Positions 41,094 to 51,938 are shown, counted from the stretch's first letter. The stretch is 64,000 nt of DNA from Candidatus Buchananbacteria bacterium (GCA_041665005.1 JBAYJR010000003.1:17102-81101); one strand, 5' to 3'. A program made the numbers and translations. Notes: generated by a model not told the origin, from the sequence alone.

Positions 41094-41936
41094 ATGAAAA
41101 ATTTTAATCGAGGTGGTGGTTTTGGTGATCGTAAGAGTAGCGGTGGTGGTTTTGGCCGTCGAGATTCGGGTGGTCGCGGTTTTGGTCGCGGTGGTAGTGA
41201 TACTGGCCGGCCGACAATGCATCAGGCCGTTTGTACTGAATGTGGTCAGGCTTGTGAAGTGCCATTTAAACCAACTGGTAGCAAACCAGTCTATTGTAAT
41301 AACTGTTTTAAGGGTAAAGAAGCGGCTGGTCCTCAGCGCGCGGGTGGCGGTTTTGGCCGTCGAGATTCTGGTAGTCGCGGGTTTAACCGTGGTGGTAGCG
41401 ATGGCGGCCGGATGGCGATGCACGAAGCAGTTTGTAGCGAATGCGGTCAGACTTGTGAAGTACCATTTAAGCCAACTGGTGATAAGCCGGTTTATTGCAA
41501 TAATTGTTTTAAAGGTAAGGACGCCGGAAGCTCGTCACGCTTTGGTGGTCGGGATTTTGGCAAGGATAGTTTTCAAGATAAAAAAATGTTTAAAGCCACT
41601 TGCGATAATTGCGGCAAAGCTTGCGAAGTGCCTTTTCGGCCTTCTGCCGGTAAACCAGTTTATTGCAGTGATTGTTTTGGCAAAGTTGATAATGCCGGTG
41701 GCAAAAATCCTTCTGCCGATCAATTTAAAGTTTTAAATGACAAATTAGATAAGATTTTGCGCACCTTGGGAGCCAGTTACCCTACGGCAGTGGTGGCCAA
41801 AAAAGAACCAGTTAAAGAGGTGGTTAAAGAAATAGCCAAGGAACCAGTTAAAGAGGTAAAAAAGATTGAACCTAAAAAGTTGGCTAAAAAAGCGGATAAG
41901 AAGGTGGTCGCACCCAAGAAAGCCAAGAAAAAGTAG
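41094..41936 (+). CDS. CxxC-x17-CxxC repeat protein
   Basis: Three C..CG..CEVPF.P...KPVYC..CF units with RGG-rich linkers and a Lys-rich tail. Confidence 0.88.
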   Translation: MKNFNRGGGFGDRKSSGGGFGRRDSGGRGFGRGGSDTGRPTMHQAVCTECGQACEVPFKPTGSKPVYCNNCFKGKEAAGPQRAGGGFGRRDSGSRGFNRGGSDGGRMAMHEAVCSECGQTCEVPFKPTGDKPVYCNNCFKGKDAGSSSRFGGRDFGKDSFQDKKMFKATCDNCGKACEVPFRPSAGKPVYCSDCFGKVDNAGGKNPSADQFKVLNDKLDKILRTLGASYPTAVVAKKEPVKEVVKEIAKEPVKEVKKIEPKKLAKKADKKVVAPKKAKKK

Positions 41937-42127
41937 CTTACAATAAATTTTTAGCGATGGCCGTGTCTGTTCAATTTAATATTGCGTAGGCCTTGGTTTG
42001 TGGTAAAGGATAATTGGGTGATAATTAAGTAAAGAATAGCGCGACTTTGCGTAGAATGCGATACTTTGTATAATATATGAAAGCACTTCGCAGATAAATA
42101 GGTTAGGCGAAATAATTTTATAAATTT

Positions 42128-42370
42128 ATGAAATATAAATGGAATGCTTATGAAATTTTCTCCACGGTAATAGCACTATTTGCAATTTTAGTAGCGATTT
42201 ATTTTGGATTTCGAAATTCCGCCTTAAAAAAGGAAATAAGTAATACGAATTGTTCAGGAGGTGATATAAATATAAAAGCTGGTAATGGAAGTCCTTACGG
42301 CTCTGGCGGATCTGTTAAAATTGGCCCTGGGATATACAAAGCGGGAAATGGAGGAACTATTAATCAATAG
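42128..42370 (+). CDS. Hypothetical protein (TM + Gly-rich)
   Basis: 80-aa ORF. Confidence 0.5.
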   Translation: MKYKWNAYEIFSTVIALFAILVAIYFGFRNSALKKEISNTNCSGGDINIKAGNGSPYGSGGSVKIGPGIYKAGNGGTINQ

Positions 42371-42402
42371 TAGAATAATTATTTGTAACTTTTTTATTTT
42401 TT

Positions 42403-42936
42403 ATGCTTGATTTAACGTTGCCATTTATAATCTCACAAGTTGCGATAACCATCGCCATGGTTTTTGATTTTTTGAGTCTGCAATATAAAAAGCGTGAATA
42501 TACATTTTTATGCTTGATTGTTTCGGCTAGTTTAATAAGCGCTCATTATTTTTTATTGGGTAAAATTGCGGCTGGTGTTATTGTTTTAATTTCTGTTCTA
42601 AGATTTATTACTTGTTATTTTACGACCAATAAAAAATACTTGTTTATATTTATTGCGTTAAACACGATTTCCTTATTTTTTACATACAAAAACCCCACTG
42701 ATTTAATTATTTATGTCGGCTTAATTATTTTTATCATCGGTAATTTTCAAGAGGACAATAAATTAATGAGGAAGCTAATGATGAGCGGCACCTCTTTAAT
42801 TGTTTTGTATAATGCCATTATTCTCTCGCCAATGGGAGTTGTTGCAGAAGGTTCGTTTTTGATCAGCGGTTTTATCGGTTATTATAGGTTTTATATAAAA
42901 AACAAGGAAAAAATAAAAAAGTCCCAAGTAATTTAG
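42403..42936 (+). CDS. YgjV-like inner membrane protein
   Basis: SLQYKKR..HYFLLG..AG pattern; AT-rich. Confidence 0.7.
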   Translation: MLDLTLPFIISQVAITIAMVFDFLSLQYKKREYTFLCLIVSASLISAHYFLLGKIAAGVIVLISVLRFITCYFTTNKKYLFIFIALNTISLFFTYKNPTDLIIYVGLIIFIIGNFQEDNKLMRKLMMSGTSLIVLYNAIILSPMGVVAEGSFLISGFIGYYRFYIKNKEKIKKSQVI

Positions 42937-43004
42937 TAATTATTTAAAATTCAAAAAATATTTTTAGCAGGTTTTGTTTAATAACAATTAAAGGAGGTGT
43001 TGCT

Positions 43005-43190
43005 ATGTTTAATTTCTGTTCCGTAGTCAATTTGTTATTTATTGGCCTGTACAATCTCGTCGCGGTCATTGTTAAAATGTTTGGTCACGAAGAGACGGCC
43101 ACTAAAATTCGGAAACGAGCCGTAAGATGCAGGAAAAAGATTGAGTTTTACGAAGGCGAAGGGCCTTATCCAGAAAAAGAAAAAGTTTAA
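43005..43190 (+). CDS. Orphan small protein
   Basis: AAGGAGGT SD; hairpin terminator at ~43204-43233. Confidence 0.55.
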   Translation: MFNFCSVVNLLFIGLYNLVAVIVKMFGHEETATKIRKRAVRCRKKIEFYEGEGPYPEKEKV

Positions 43191-43321
43191 ATTTTTTACC
43201 TTCAAATGGGGATCATCACGATCCCCATTTTTTAAAAGGGAAGACCGGGCGGTCGCGGCCCATTAGTTGTTATTAATAAACAAAAACACCCCCAAGTTGG
43301 AGGTGTTTTTTAGGCTAAAAT

Positions 43322-43666
43322 TTATTTAAGACTTTTAACAATGGCCGCGAAAATTTTTGGTTCTTTGACGGCTAATTCGGATAAAACTTTACGGTCTAGT
43401 TCAATTTGGTGCTTTTTTAAGGCGTCAATAAATTTGCTGTAAGAAAAACCCTGTGGCCGCAAGGCAGCGTTTAATTTGATTTGCCACAAAGCGCGGAAAT
43501 CGCGTTTTTTATTGCGACGATCGCGATAAGCATAAACTCCCGCTTTGGTAACGGCGGTTTTAGCTAATTTAATTTTACTTTTGCGTCCCCATTTAAAACC
43601 CTTAGCTTGGCGTAATAGATTGCGGCGACTTTTAGCATGATGGACTCCTCGTTTAACTCTAGGCAT
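43322..43666 (-). CDS. rplT: 50S ribosomal protein L20
   Basis: MPRVKRG..YAYRDRR..RDFRALW. Confidence 0.98.
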   Translation of the reverse strand: MPRVKRGVHHAKSRRNLLRQAKGFKWGRKSKIKLAKTAVTKAGVYAYRDRRNKKRDFRALWQIKLNAALRPQGFSYSKFIDALKKHQIELDRKVLSELAVKEPKIFAAIVKSLK

Positions 43667-43714
43667 AATAGTTTATAAACTAAAAATTAGATGATTAACG
43701 GTTAAGTTTAAATT

Positions 43715-43912
43715 TTACAACTGGGAAGAAATTAGACTCTTGATGTTTTTAGTGTGACTTTTGGCCATCACTTCATCACGACGTTTATTGCGAGTAGTGT
43801 TGCTTGATTCGCGGGCGTTAAAATGACCCTGGCCGCCTTTGCGACGAAGTAGTTTGCCATTTTTGCTGACCTTAAATCTTTTGGCAATAGTTTTTCTGGT
43901 TTTTAATTTCAT
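43715..43912 (-). CDS. rpmI: 50S ribosomal protein L35
   Basis: KLKTRK..AKRFKVS..GK; position between infC and rplT. Confidence 0.95.
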   Translation of the reverse strand: MKLKTRKTIAKRFKVSKNGKLLRRKGGQGHFNARESSNTTRNKRRDEVMAKSHTKNIKSLISSQL

Positions 43913-43935
43913 AGTATTTTCTTAAAAATTTTTAA

Positions 43936-44484
43936 TTATTTGTTGGCAATAGTAGTGGCAATTTTTCCGCCTTGTTGCGTAATTCCTTCTTCAATTTTAA
44001 TTTCACGAGCTTGTTGTAAATCGCTGATAAATTTATTAATAATTTCTTTAGCTAGTTGGTGATGTTGTTTTTCGCGACCGCGTAAAGCCAGTTCAATTCT
44101 AACCTTGTCGCCATTTTCTAAAAAACTTAAGGCTTGTTTTTGACGTACCGCCAAATCATGGGCACCGATTCTTAAAGAAAGCCACAAATTTTTAATTTCT
44201 ACTTCTTTTTGATGAGCCCTGGCTTTACGTTCTTGTTTGGCTTGTTGGTATAAAAATTGGCCGTAGTTAATTAATTTAACCACGGGTGGTTTAGCCGTCG
44301 GAAAAACTTCTACCAAATCAAAACCTTTTTCTTGAGCCATTTGTAAGGCTTGGCTAAAGGGCATTACTCCCAGCTGACCGCCCACTTCGTCGATAATTCT
44401 AATTTCTGGTGCAGTAATTTGGTGGTTAATACGATAGGCTAATTTGCCAGTAGCCTTAACTTTTTTGTGATAACTTTTACGCAT
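43936..44484 (-). CDS. infC: Translation initiation factor IF-3
   Basis: RINHQI, FDLVEV..AKPPV, GDKV..LRGRE. Confidence 0.96.
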   Translation of the reverse strand: MRKSYHKKVKATGKLAYRINHQITAPEIRIIDEVGGQLGVMPFSQALQMAQEKGFDLVEVFPTAKPPVVKLINYGQFLYQQAKQERKARAHQKEVEIKNLWLSLRIGAHDLAVRQKQALSFLENGDKVRIELALRGREKQHHQLAKEIINKFISDLQQAREIKIEEGITQQGGKIATTIANK

Positions 44485-44551
44485 GATAGGTTAGATCAAA
44501 ATTTAAAAATCAAAGATTAGTAATTTTAATTTTTAAATTTTTAATTATTTA

Positions 44552-44935
44552 TGGTGGAGATGAGGGGAATTTCACCCCTGTACAAAAGTAATTTTAAAAT
44601 TGTTCTACCAATATAGCTAATTTAAAGGTTGGCCGACAAACTAAAAAACTAGCAAAAAGCTTGCCAGCTGAGCCCGCAATTTGGTCAACAAGTTTGGCAG
44701 GCGCAAAATTGTCCAAGTCTAATAAATGACACCGGTAACTAGCGATTAGACATAACTAGGCCGATGGCTTTAGGTATTAAGCTAAAGCAGGAGCAAAAGT
44801 TAAAGAGGCAAAAGCATCCTTAACCCTGCTAATAAGTGAGTTGGCACTTATAAATTTGATTGAAGTTTAACGAGGTTCAATTTGCTCGACTGGCACAATT
44901 TTAAAACAAGCTCTTGGCGATTTAGAGACATCCCC
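44552..44935 (-). ncRNA. ssrA: tmRNA; tag ANSLISRVKDAFASLTFAPALA* (44845-44777)
   Basis: GGGGATG/CATCTCC-A-CCA acceptor with G3.U70; adjacent to smpB; tag ends in ALA. Confidence 0.93.
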
Positions 44936-44944
44936 GTAACTTGT

Positions 44945-45400
44945 CTATTGTCTACTTTTCAACGTTCGGTTAATTTCTCGGTCAAGTTCGCGTTTTTTTA
45001 TCGTTTGACGTTTATCAATTTTTCTTTTTCCTTGACCTAAAATTAGTTTGACTTTAATAAAACTGCCCTTAGTATACACTGAAAGTGGCAAAATTGTCAA
45101 GCCTTGGCGGGAAACTTGGCCGAGCCAGGCTTTAATCTCGGATTTATGCAAAAGTAGCTCCCGAGTACGGTCTGGGCTGTAGTTTTGTTGGTGATTGGCG
45201 GCCGGCGGGTAAGGGGCAATATAAGAGTTCAAGAGCCAGGCTCGGAGGTTGCCATCAATAATAGCATAGCTGTCTTTAATAACTAAACGCCCGGTTTTAG
45301 CGGATTTAACCTCTGGTCCAGTTAATTTTAAGCCCGCCTCCAAAGTTTCTAAGGCTTTGTAGTCAAAAAGGGCTTTTTTGTTCTCAGCTAAGGTTGGCAT
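44945..45400 (-). CDS. smpB: SsrA-binding protein
   Basis: NKKALFDY..EAGLKLTGPEVKS, RELLLHK, DKRQTIKKR. Confidence 0.96.
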   Translation of the reverse strand: MPTLAENKKALFDYKALETLEAGLKLTGPEVKSAKTGRLVIKDSYAIIDGNLRAWLLNSYIAPYPPAANHQQNYSPDRTRELLLHKSEIKAWLGQVSRQGLTILPLSVYTKGSFIKVKLILGQGKRKIDKRQTIKKRELDREINRTLKSRQ

Positions 45401-45477
45401 AAAAGTTAACTTTATATTATAATAAAAGCAGACTAAAGGCAATTGTTTAACCTTAATTTTTAAGTTATAATGTATTT

Positions 45478-46533
45478 ATGAACCAACCAGTTCAAAGAAT
45501 TAAAATTGAAATTAGCACTTGGGCGGTAATTAAGGTAGTACTAGCGGTTTTAGCCGTGCTGTTTTTGTTTTATGTGCAAGATATTGTGTTGATTTTGTTT
45601 GTCTCTATGGTTTTGGCAGCAGCCTTTAATCCTTGGACCGATTGGTTACAAAAAAGATCTATTCCGCGCCCTTTGGCGATTTTAACTTTATATTTATTAG
45701 CGTTAATTGTTTTAATTCTAACTGTGGGTTTGTTAATTCCGCCGTTAAGTCAGCAGGTTAGTCAACTATCAGATAATTTTCCGGTTTATTGGCAAAATGT
45801 AACTAAGGGTTTTTTCCATTTGCAGCAGTATTCTCAACAGTTTGGTTTAGAGGATAATGTTAAAAACTTTTTTGCCGGCTTACAAGGTAGTTTAGACAAA
45901 GCAGCCTCGGGTTTGTTTAGCTCCTTAATTTCTTTTTTTGGTGGTTTAGCGGCGATCATTATTATTTTAGTGTTGGCTTTCTATTTGGTGGTAGAACAAG
46001 GGGCAATTAAAAAATCAGTTAAACAAATGATTCCGCTACAGTACCAAGAATTTATTATAAGATTATACAGTGTAATTCAGGAGCGGTTAGGCTGGTGGTT
46101 GCGCGGTCAATTAATTTTAGCTTTAATTATTGGAGTTTTTGCTTATATTGGTTTGACTATCCTAGGGGTAGAATATGCCGCTGTGTTGGCATTGCTATCA
46201 GGCATTACCGAAGTGATTCCTTATTTGGGTCCGGTAATTGCTGCTATTCCTGCGGTATTTTTCGCTTTTACCCAATCGCCGTTTAAAGCTTTAATGGTGA
46301 TAATTTTGTTTTACGTAATTCATTGGACCGAAAACAATTTAATTGTGCCCAAGGTGATGCAGAAAACTACGGGATTAAATCCGATTGTCGTTATCGTTGC
46401 TATTTTATTGGGTGCCAAATTGGCGGGCTTTTGGGGAATTTTGTTGGCGGTACCAACAGCCACGATTATCAGCATCTTAGTAAATGAATTGTCGGCGGTT
46501 GGCTGGGATCCACGCTCTAGCTTGGAAAAATAA
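45478..46533 (+). CDS. AI-2E family transporter
   Basis: WLRGQL, IPYLGP, ENNLIVPKVM, GILLAVP. Confidence 0.92.
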   Translation: MNQPVQRIKIEISTWAVIKVVLAVLAVLFLFYVQDIVLILFVSMVLAAAFNPWTDWLQKRSIPRPLAILTLYLLALIVLILTVGLLIPPLSQQVSQLSDNFPVYWQNVTKGFFHLQQYSQQFGLEDNVKNFFAGLQGSLDKAASGLFSSLISFFGGLAAIIIILVLAFYLVVEQGAIKKSVKQMIPLQYQEFIIRLYSVIQERLGWWLRGQLILALIIGVFAYIGLTILGVEYAAVLALLSGITEVIPYLGPVIAAIPAVFFAFTQSPFKALMVIILFYVIHWTENNLIVPKVMQKTTGLNPIVVIVAILLGAKLAGFWGILLAVPTATIISILVNELSAVGWDPRSSLEK

Positions 46534-46606
46534 TTTTAGAAGTGCTATAATTAACACACTTAATAAATAATTAATTTGGTCTCTTATTTGGAGACTTGCT
46601 AAAACT

Positions 46607-47164
46607 ATGGTTTATAAAACTAACCCGACTTTAAAAAAATTTTCACCCGAAGAAGATCTTTTAGGTGAAGAACAAGTTGCCACAGAATATGAATTACCTC
46701 GTCCTAGCAGTAGAAAAATTTGGGGTTCTATTCTTTTGGTGGTAGTAGTAATTATGGCTATTTGGTATTTAGTGCCAAATTTTACGCCGTTTAAAAGTTT
46801 TCCGGCCCTAACTTATCCTTGGCCTTCTAACCAATGGCAAGCCGTCTTTTTAACCAATGGTCAAGTTTATTTTGGTAAAATTGAAAGAGTCACCTGGAAC
46901 GCAGTGGTCTTGAAAGATATTTATTACTTGCAGTTAGTCACCAGACCACTGCAAAGAACCATTGAGGGCCAGGCTAGTTCTACAGCGCAGGCTCAGACCA
47001 CCCAAGAGCCGACTTTGATTAAATTAGGCAACGAATTGCATGGTCCAACCGATCAGATTGTAATCAGTCGTAGTCAGATTATGTTTACGGAATTTTTAAA
47101 GACTGATGGCCGGGTAGTGCAAGCAATTAATGATTACGTTAAATCTTTGAAAGAAACCAAATAG
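46607..47164 (+). CDS. Conserved hypothetical membrane-anchored protein
   Basis: QAVFLTNGQVYFG..LIKLGNELHGP. Confidence 0.75.
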   Translation: MVYKTNPTLKKFSPEEDLLGEEQVATEYELPRPSSRKIWGSILLVVVVIMAIWYLVPNFTPFKSFPALTYPWPSNQWQAVFLTNGQVYFGKIERVTWNAVVLKDIYYLQLVTRPLQRTIEGQASSTAQAQTTQEPTLIKLGNELHGPTDQIVISRSQIMFTEFLKTDGRVVQAINDYVKSLKETK

Positions 47165-47249
47165 TTGCCAAAAGTTAAAAAATTAGCTAAATTATAAGGG
47201 TGGCTTAAGCCACCCTTTATAGATTAAAATAAATTATAAACGTAGTTAT

Positions 47250-48569
47250 ATGGATTTAATGGAAAAAATCGTTTCTTTGTGTAAACGTCGTGGTTTTGTT
47301 TATCCCGGTTCAGAAATTTATGGTGGTTTGGCCAATGCTTGGGATTTTGGGCCATTGGGGGTAGAAATGAAAAATAATTTAAAAAATCTTTTTTGGCAAA
47401 AGGCGGTGCGAGAGCGCGCTGATATGGTGGGTTTGGATGCAGCAATTTTAATGAACCCTAAAACTTGGGAAGCCTCGGGTCATCTTAAAAATTTTACCGA
47501 TCCGTTGGTGGAATGTAAAAAATGTCATCAACGTTTTCGGGCGGATCAGTTGCCAATAGACCACGCTCAAATTTGTGGCGGTGAATTAACGGAATCCCGA
47601 CAGTTTAATATGATGTTAAAAACCTTTTTAGGACCAGTGGAAGGCGAAGCTGGTACGGCTTATTTTCGGCCCGAAACGGCGCAAGGCATTTTTGTGAATT
47701 TTTTAAATGTTATTAATACCTCACGGCAAAAAATTCCTTTTGGGATTGCACAAGTAGGTAAGTCTTTTCGCAATGAAATTACGCCGGGCAATTTTATTTT
47801 TCGGACTCGCGAATTTGAACAAATGGAAATTGAATATTTTGTTAAACCTGGCGAAGATGAAAAATATTTTGAAGAGTGGCAAACTTGGCTTTGGAATTTT
47901 TTTTTAGCGGCCGGTTTACAAGCTGAAAATCTGCGGATTTACGAACATCCAAAAGAAAAATTGTCGCATTACTCTAAACGGACGATTGATATTGAATATA
48001 AATTTCCTTGGGGTTGGGGCGAATTGTGCGGTTTGGCCAATCGAACTGATTTTGATTTAAGTCAACACGCTAAATTTTCTGGTCAAGATCTAACTTATCG
48101 CGATTTAGAGACTAATGAAAAATTTACCCCATATGTAATTGAGCCATCTTTGGGGGTCGAACGCGCGGTTTTGGCTATTTTATTGGATGCTTACACCGAA
48201 ATTGCCGGCGGTCGCAGTGTTACCACAGAAGCGACCAAAGAAATGGAAATGGTTTTAAAATTAGCCAAGGCCATTGCGCCAGTTAAGGTGGCGGTTTTGC
48301 CTCTATCTAAAAAAGAAGAATTAGCCAAGCTGGCTAAACCGTTAGCACAAGATTTGCGTAAAATTTTTATGGTAGAATACGACGAAACCCAATCAATTGG
48401 TAAGCGTTATCGACGTCAAGACGAAATTGGCACGCCGTATTGCGTGACAGTTGATTTTGAGAGTCTAGTAGATCAAGCCGTGACGGTGCGCGATCGCGAC
48501 ACGATGCAGCAAGAACGCATTAAGCTGGCGGAATTAAGTGATTATTTAATTAATAAGTTTAATAATTAA
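47250..48569 (+). CDS. glyQS: Glycine--tRNA ligase (homodimeric type)
   Basis: [37 protein letters not shown]. Confidence 0.97.
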   Translation: MDLMEKIVSLCKRRGFVYPGSEIYGGLANAWDFGPLGVEMKNNLKNLFWQKAVRERADMVGLDAAILMNPKTWEASGHLKNFTDPLVECKKCHQRFRADQLPIDHAQICGGELTESRQFNMMLKTFLGPVEGEAGTAYFRPETAQGIFVNFLNVINTSRQKIPFGIAQVGKSFRNEITPGNFIFRTREFEQMEIEYFVKPGEDEKYFEEWQTWLWNFFLAAGLQAENLRIYEHPKEKLSHYSKRTIDIEYKFPWGWGELCGLANRTDFDLSQHAKFSGQDLTYRDLETNEKFTPYVIEPSLGVERAVLAILLDAYTEIAGGRSVTTEATKEMEMVLKLAKAIAPVKVAVLPLSKKEELAKLAKPLAQDLRKIFMVEYDETQSIGKRYRRQDEIGTPYCVTVDFESLVDQAVTVRDRDTMQQERIKLAELSDYLINKFNN

Positions 48570-48581
48570 TAATTTTTAAGT

Positions 48582-49148
48582 ATGAAAAATTCTAGCAAAT
48601 GGTTAATTGGCATTGCGATTGTAGTAGTAATCATCGCAGTGTGGTTGGTTGGGGCCTACAATAACTTTATTAAATTGGATCAAGAGGCCCAGGCTCAGTG
48701 GGCGCAGGTAGAAAGCCAATATCAAAGACGGTTTGATTTGATTCCAAATTTAGTGGCCTCAGTCCAAGGTATTTTAAAACAAGAGCAGGCGATTTTTGGT
48801 ATGATTGCCGAGGCCAGAACGCGTTATGCTGGGGCGCAAGGGGTAGAAAACAAAGTGCAGGCCGCTAATCAGTTGGAATCAGCTTTGAGTCGGTTGTTGG
48901 TGGTGATGGAAAATTATCCGACTTTAAAATCTAATGAAAATGTTCAAACTTTAATGGTGCAACTAGAGGGTACTGAGAATCGCATTGCGGTTGAACGCGG
49001 ACGTTATAATGAATTAGTTAAAATTTTTAACGTTTCGGTGACTAAATTTCCTAGCAATGTTTTAGCTCGAATCTTTGGTTTTTCGGCCAAGGGCTTTTTT
49101 GAAAGTACTGTGGGAGCAGAAATAGCTCCCCAAGTGAAACTAAATTAG
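48582..49148 (+). CDS. lemA: LemA family protein
   Basis: QYQRRFDLIPNLV, ENYPTLKS, EGTENRI. Confidence 0.95.
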   Translation: MKNSSKWLIGIAIVVVIIAVWLVGAYNNFIKLDQEAQAQWAQVESQYQRRFDLIPNLVASVQGILKQEQAIFGMIAEARTRYAGAQGVENKVQAANQLESALSRLLVVMENYPTLKSNENVQTLMVQLEGTENRIAVERGRYNELVKIFNVSVTKFPSNVLARIFGFSAKGFFESTVGAEIAPQVKLN

Positions 49149-49155
49149 TAAGTTA

Positions 49156-50043
49156 ATGTCTCGTTTAATTGGTGTTTTATTAACCTTAGGTGGTTTGTTA
49201 TTATTTAGTCAAAGTGCTTTGGCTTATTATTCTTTGGGTCCGCCGACTGGTTTTGTGACTGATAAAATTGGTTGGCTGAGTGTGTCGGAAAAAAATAAAT
49301 TAGAACAAGATTTAACTAACTACGAAAAACAAACCAGCAACGAAATTGTGGTGGTGACTGTTGATAATTTACAAGGCGATACTATAGAAAATTTTGCAGT
49401 CAAGTTGTTTGCCGAATGGCAAATTGGTAAAAAAGATAAAGATAATGGTATTTTATTGTTGATAGCTAAACAAGAACGACAAATGCGGATTGAAGTTGGT
49501 TATGGCTTAGAGGGGGATTTAACCGATGCTCAGAGCTTTCAGATTATTGATAAAATAGTTAAGCCATTATTTCAGCAAGAAAAATATGGTGAAGGAGTGA
49601 TAGCGGGAGTTAATTCAATTAAACAGGCTTTAAGTGGCAATTTAGAGGTGCCGGCCACTACTACCAATAGTAATACTCAAACTAAGTTTGATTTTGGGGA
49701 ATTTTTCTTTTTGTTAGTGTTTGTTTTACCGGGTTGGTTGCTCAGTATTTTAGCGAGAAGCAAGTCTTGGTGGTTGGGTGGAGTAATCGGTGCGGTAATC
49801 GGTGTAGTGATTTGGTTTTTTTCTACTTGGTTGGTTGGTCTGGGGACTATTTTATTGTTAGGTGGTTTGGGTTTATGGTTAGATTATGCCGTGTCTAAAA
49901 ATTACCATGAGCGTAAAGCTAAGGGTTTAAATCCGGCCTGGTGGGCCGGTGGAGGCGGTTTTGGTGGTCACGGCGGCGGCGGCGGTTTTGGTGGTTTTGG
50001 CGGAGGTTCTTCTGGCGGTGGTGGTGCGAGTGGTGGTTGGTAA
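49156..50043 (+). CDS. TPM-domain protein
   Basis: W.IG...KDNGILLL, RIEVGYGLEG, Gly-rich GGGASGGW tail. Confidence 0.93.
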   Translation: MSRLIGVLLTLGGLLLFSQSALAYYSLGPPTGFVTDKIGWLSVSEKNKLEQDLTNYEKQTSNEIVVVTVDNLQGDTIENFAVKLFAEWQIGKKDKDNGILLLIAKQERQMRIEVGYGLEGDLTDAQSFQIIDKIVKPLFQQEKYGEGVIAGVNSIKQALSGNLEVPATTTNSNTQTKFDFGEFFFLLVFVLPGWLLSILARSKSWWLGGVIGAVIGVVIWFFSTWLVGLGTILLLGGLGLWLDYAVSKNYHERKAKGLNPAWWAGGGGFGGHGGGGGFGGFGGGSSGGGGASGGW

Positions 50044-50064
50044 ACTATTATTTTATAAATATTT

Positions 50065-51333
50065 ATGATGTATAAAAAAACTGTTTTAAAAGATAACTTG
50101 CGGGTTATTTTGGTGCCCAGGAAGGATACCGCGGCGGTAACTTTGTTGGTGTTGTTTGGAGTGGGTTCACGTTATGAAAATAGAAGAATTTCCGGTGTCT
50201 CTCATTTTGTCGAACATTTGATGTTTAAGGGTACTAAAAAGCGGCCTAATACTTTAGCGATTTCTAAAGAATTGGATGGCATTGGCGCGGAGTATAATGC
50301 TTTTACCAGTAAAGATTATACCGGTTATTATATTAAGGCTGACGCTAGGCATTTGGCTTTAGCGGTGGAGGTGTTATCTGACATGTTGCTCAATTCAAAA
50401 TTTGACAGTGAAGAAATTGAACGGGAAAAAAGAGTGATTATTGAGGAGATAAATATGTATGAGGATAACCCCATGATGTATGTTGAGGATTTATTAGAGC
50501 AGACCATTTATGGTGATCAGCCGATGGGTTGGTCAATTGCCGGTTGGCGGAAAACAGTTTCGGCTTTAACTAGAGCCGAGATTATAAAATATTTTAAACA
50601 CCACTACCATCCCAAAAATGCGGTGGTCATTCTAGCCGGCCAAGTAGATCAAAAAGCGGTTAGTTTGTTGGCTAAAAAATTTAAATTAATCAAAGCCAAA
50701 AAAACTAAGTTCGCCGCGGTTAAGTTAAAACAAAAAATTCAACAAATAAAGGTACTGGCTAAAACCACGGAACAGTTGCAAGTGGCTTTGGGTTTTTCGG
50801 CTTATGCTTACAATAATCCCAAACTATATGCGTTAAATATTTTGGCAGTTATTTTGGGAGGCAATATGTCTTCACGTTTATTTTTGTCGGTTCGCGAACG
50901 TCAAGGTTTGTGTTATTTTATTCGGGCGTCTTTAAATATTTATCAGGATACTGGCAGTTTGGTAATTCAAGCGGGTTTAGACAAGAGTCGTATTAAGCAG
51001 GCTTTAACCTTAATTTTGTCAGAATTAGTTAAGATAAAAGCGGGAGTAACTCTGGAAGAATTAAAGCGCGCCAAGGAATTTTTGCGGGGTAAAGTAGCTT
51101 TAGATTTGGAAGATTCTTCAGCTTTGGCACAATTTTTTGGTAATCAGGAATTGTTACAAGGAAAAATAAAAACCCCGGCTGAAAAAATGGCCAAGCTGGA
51201 TTTAGTGACTTTAAAACAAGTAAAAGCAGTCGCGCAAGAGATATTAGTTAAAAATAAATTAAATTTAGCAGTAATTGGTCCAAATTTAAAAAAACAAGAG
51301 CTAGAGAAAATTATTTTACAAGCTAAAATTTAA
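50065..51333 (+). CDS. M16 family zinc peptidase
   Basis: HFVEHLMFKGT, NAFTS, MSSRLF..RE..GL.Y. Confidence 0.95.
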   Translation: MMYKKTVLKDNLRVILVPRKDTAAVTLLVLFGVGSRYENRRISGVSHFVEHLMFKGTKKRPNTLAISKELDGIGAEYNAFTSKDYTGYYIKADARHLALAVEVLSDMLLNSKFDSEEIEREKRVIIEEINMYEDNPMMYVEDLLEQTIYGDQPMGWSIAGWRKTVSALTRAEIIKYFKHHYHPKNAVVILAGQVDQKAVSLLAKKFKLIKAKKTKFAAVKLKQKIQQIKVLAKTTEQLQVALGFSAYAYNNPKLYALNILAVILGGNMSSRLFLSVRERQGLCYFIRASLNIYQDTGSLVIQAGLDKSRIKQALTLILSELVKIKAGVTLEELKRAKEFLRGKVALDLEDSSALAQFFGNQELLQGKIKTPAEKMAKLDLVTLKQVKAVAQEILVKNKLNLAVIGPNLKKQELEKIILQAKI

Positions 51334-51370
51334 GCAGTTAACTAAAATTTAAAAGGTCCGAAAGGACTTT

Positions 51371-51832
51371 TTAAATTAAACTTAGAGCGAGAATAAAAAA
51401 TGTTAGTTGAATGGTAATACCCCAGAATAAACTAACTTGATCGGAATATTTTTTACCTAAATTGTGAAAGTAGTTATTTAGTTTGGTAAAAGGTTGATAT
51501 TTAAAATCCAGTAAAGATTCTACGGCTACTAAAAAATCTGGGAGCAGGCTGGCAAAGATGGCCGCTAGAGCACTCCAGGGATGATGAAAAGATTTTTGTT
51601 GAGTAATTAAGCCTAACAGATTAGTAAAAACTAAAACATCAATTAGGGTTAGATAAATCAACTTAGCGGTTCTTTGTTTTTCGTCAGCCAGCCAACGATT
51701 TAGGTCTTTGTCTCCGTGAGGTATGAAATCTAATAAAAAATGAGAACCCAAACCAAAAATAAAAGCCAGCGCGGGGTTAGCGACGTACTGGCTGATAGCT
51801 AGGGCGGCGGTAGCATGGACAGTTAAAAGCAT
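51371..51832 (-). CDS. Membrane protein, metal-dependent-hydrolase-like
   Basis: LTVH..SHFLLDFIPH..LPD..H. Confidence 0.7.
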   Translation of the reverse strand: MLLTVHATAALAISQYVANPALAFIFGLGSHFLLDFIPHGDKDLNRWLADEKQRTAKLIYLTLIDVLVFTNLLGLITQQKSFHHPWSALAAIFASLLPDFLVAVESLLDFKYQPFTKLNNYFHNLGKKYSDQVSLFWGITIQLTFFILALSLI

Positions 51833-51938
51833 GTAGCAAAAAATTAATAAAGTCTTGGCTGTATTATAAGGTTATTTTTTTTGGTTGACAAGGGGGAGTT
51901 TTCTTGTTAGAATAAGCAGGTCGTTAAAATTATTTAGC

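Noticed and set aside
41055-41736. Alternative-frame and antisense ORFs over the CxxC repeat gene, and similar shadows over pnp, groEL, res, ppsA and topA
   Set aside because: They overlap well-supported genes and are explained by codon bias
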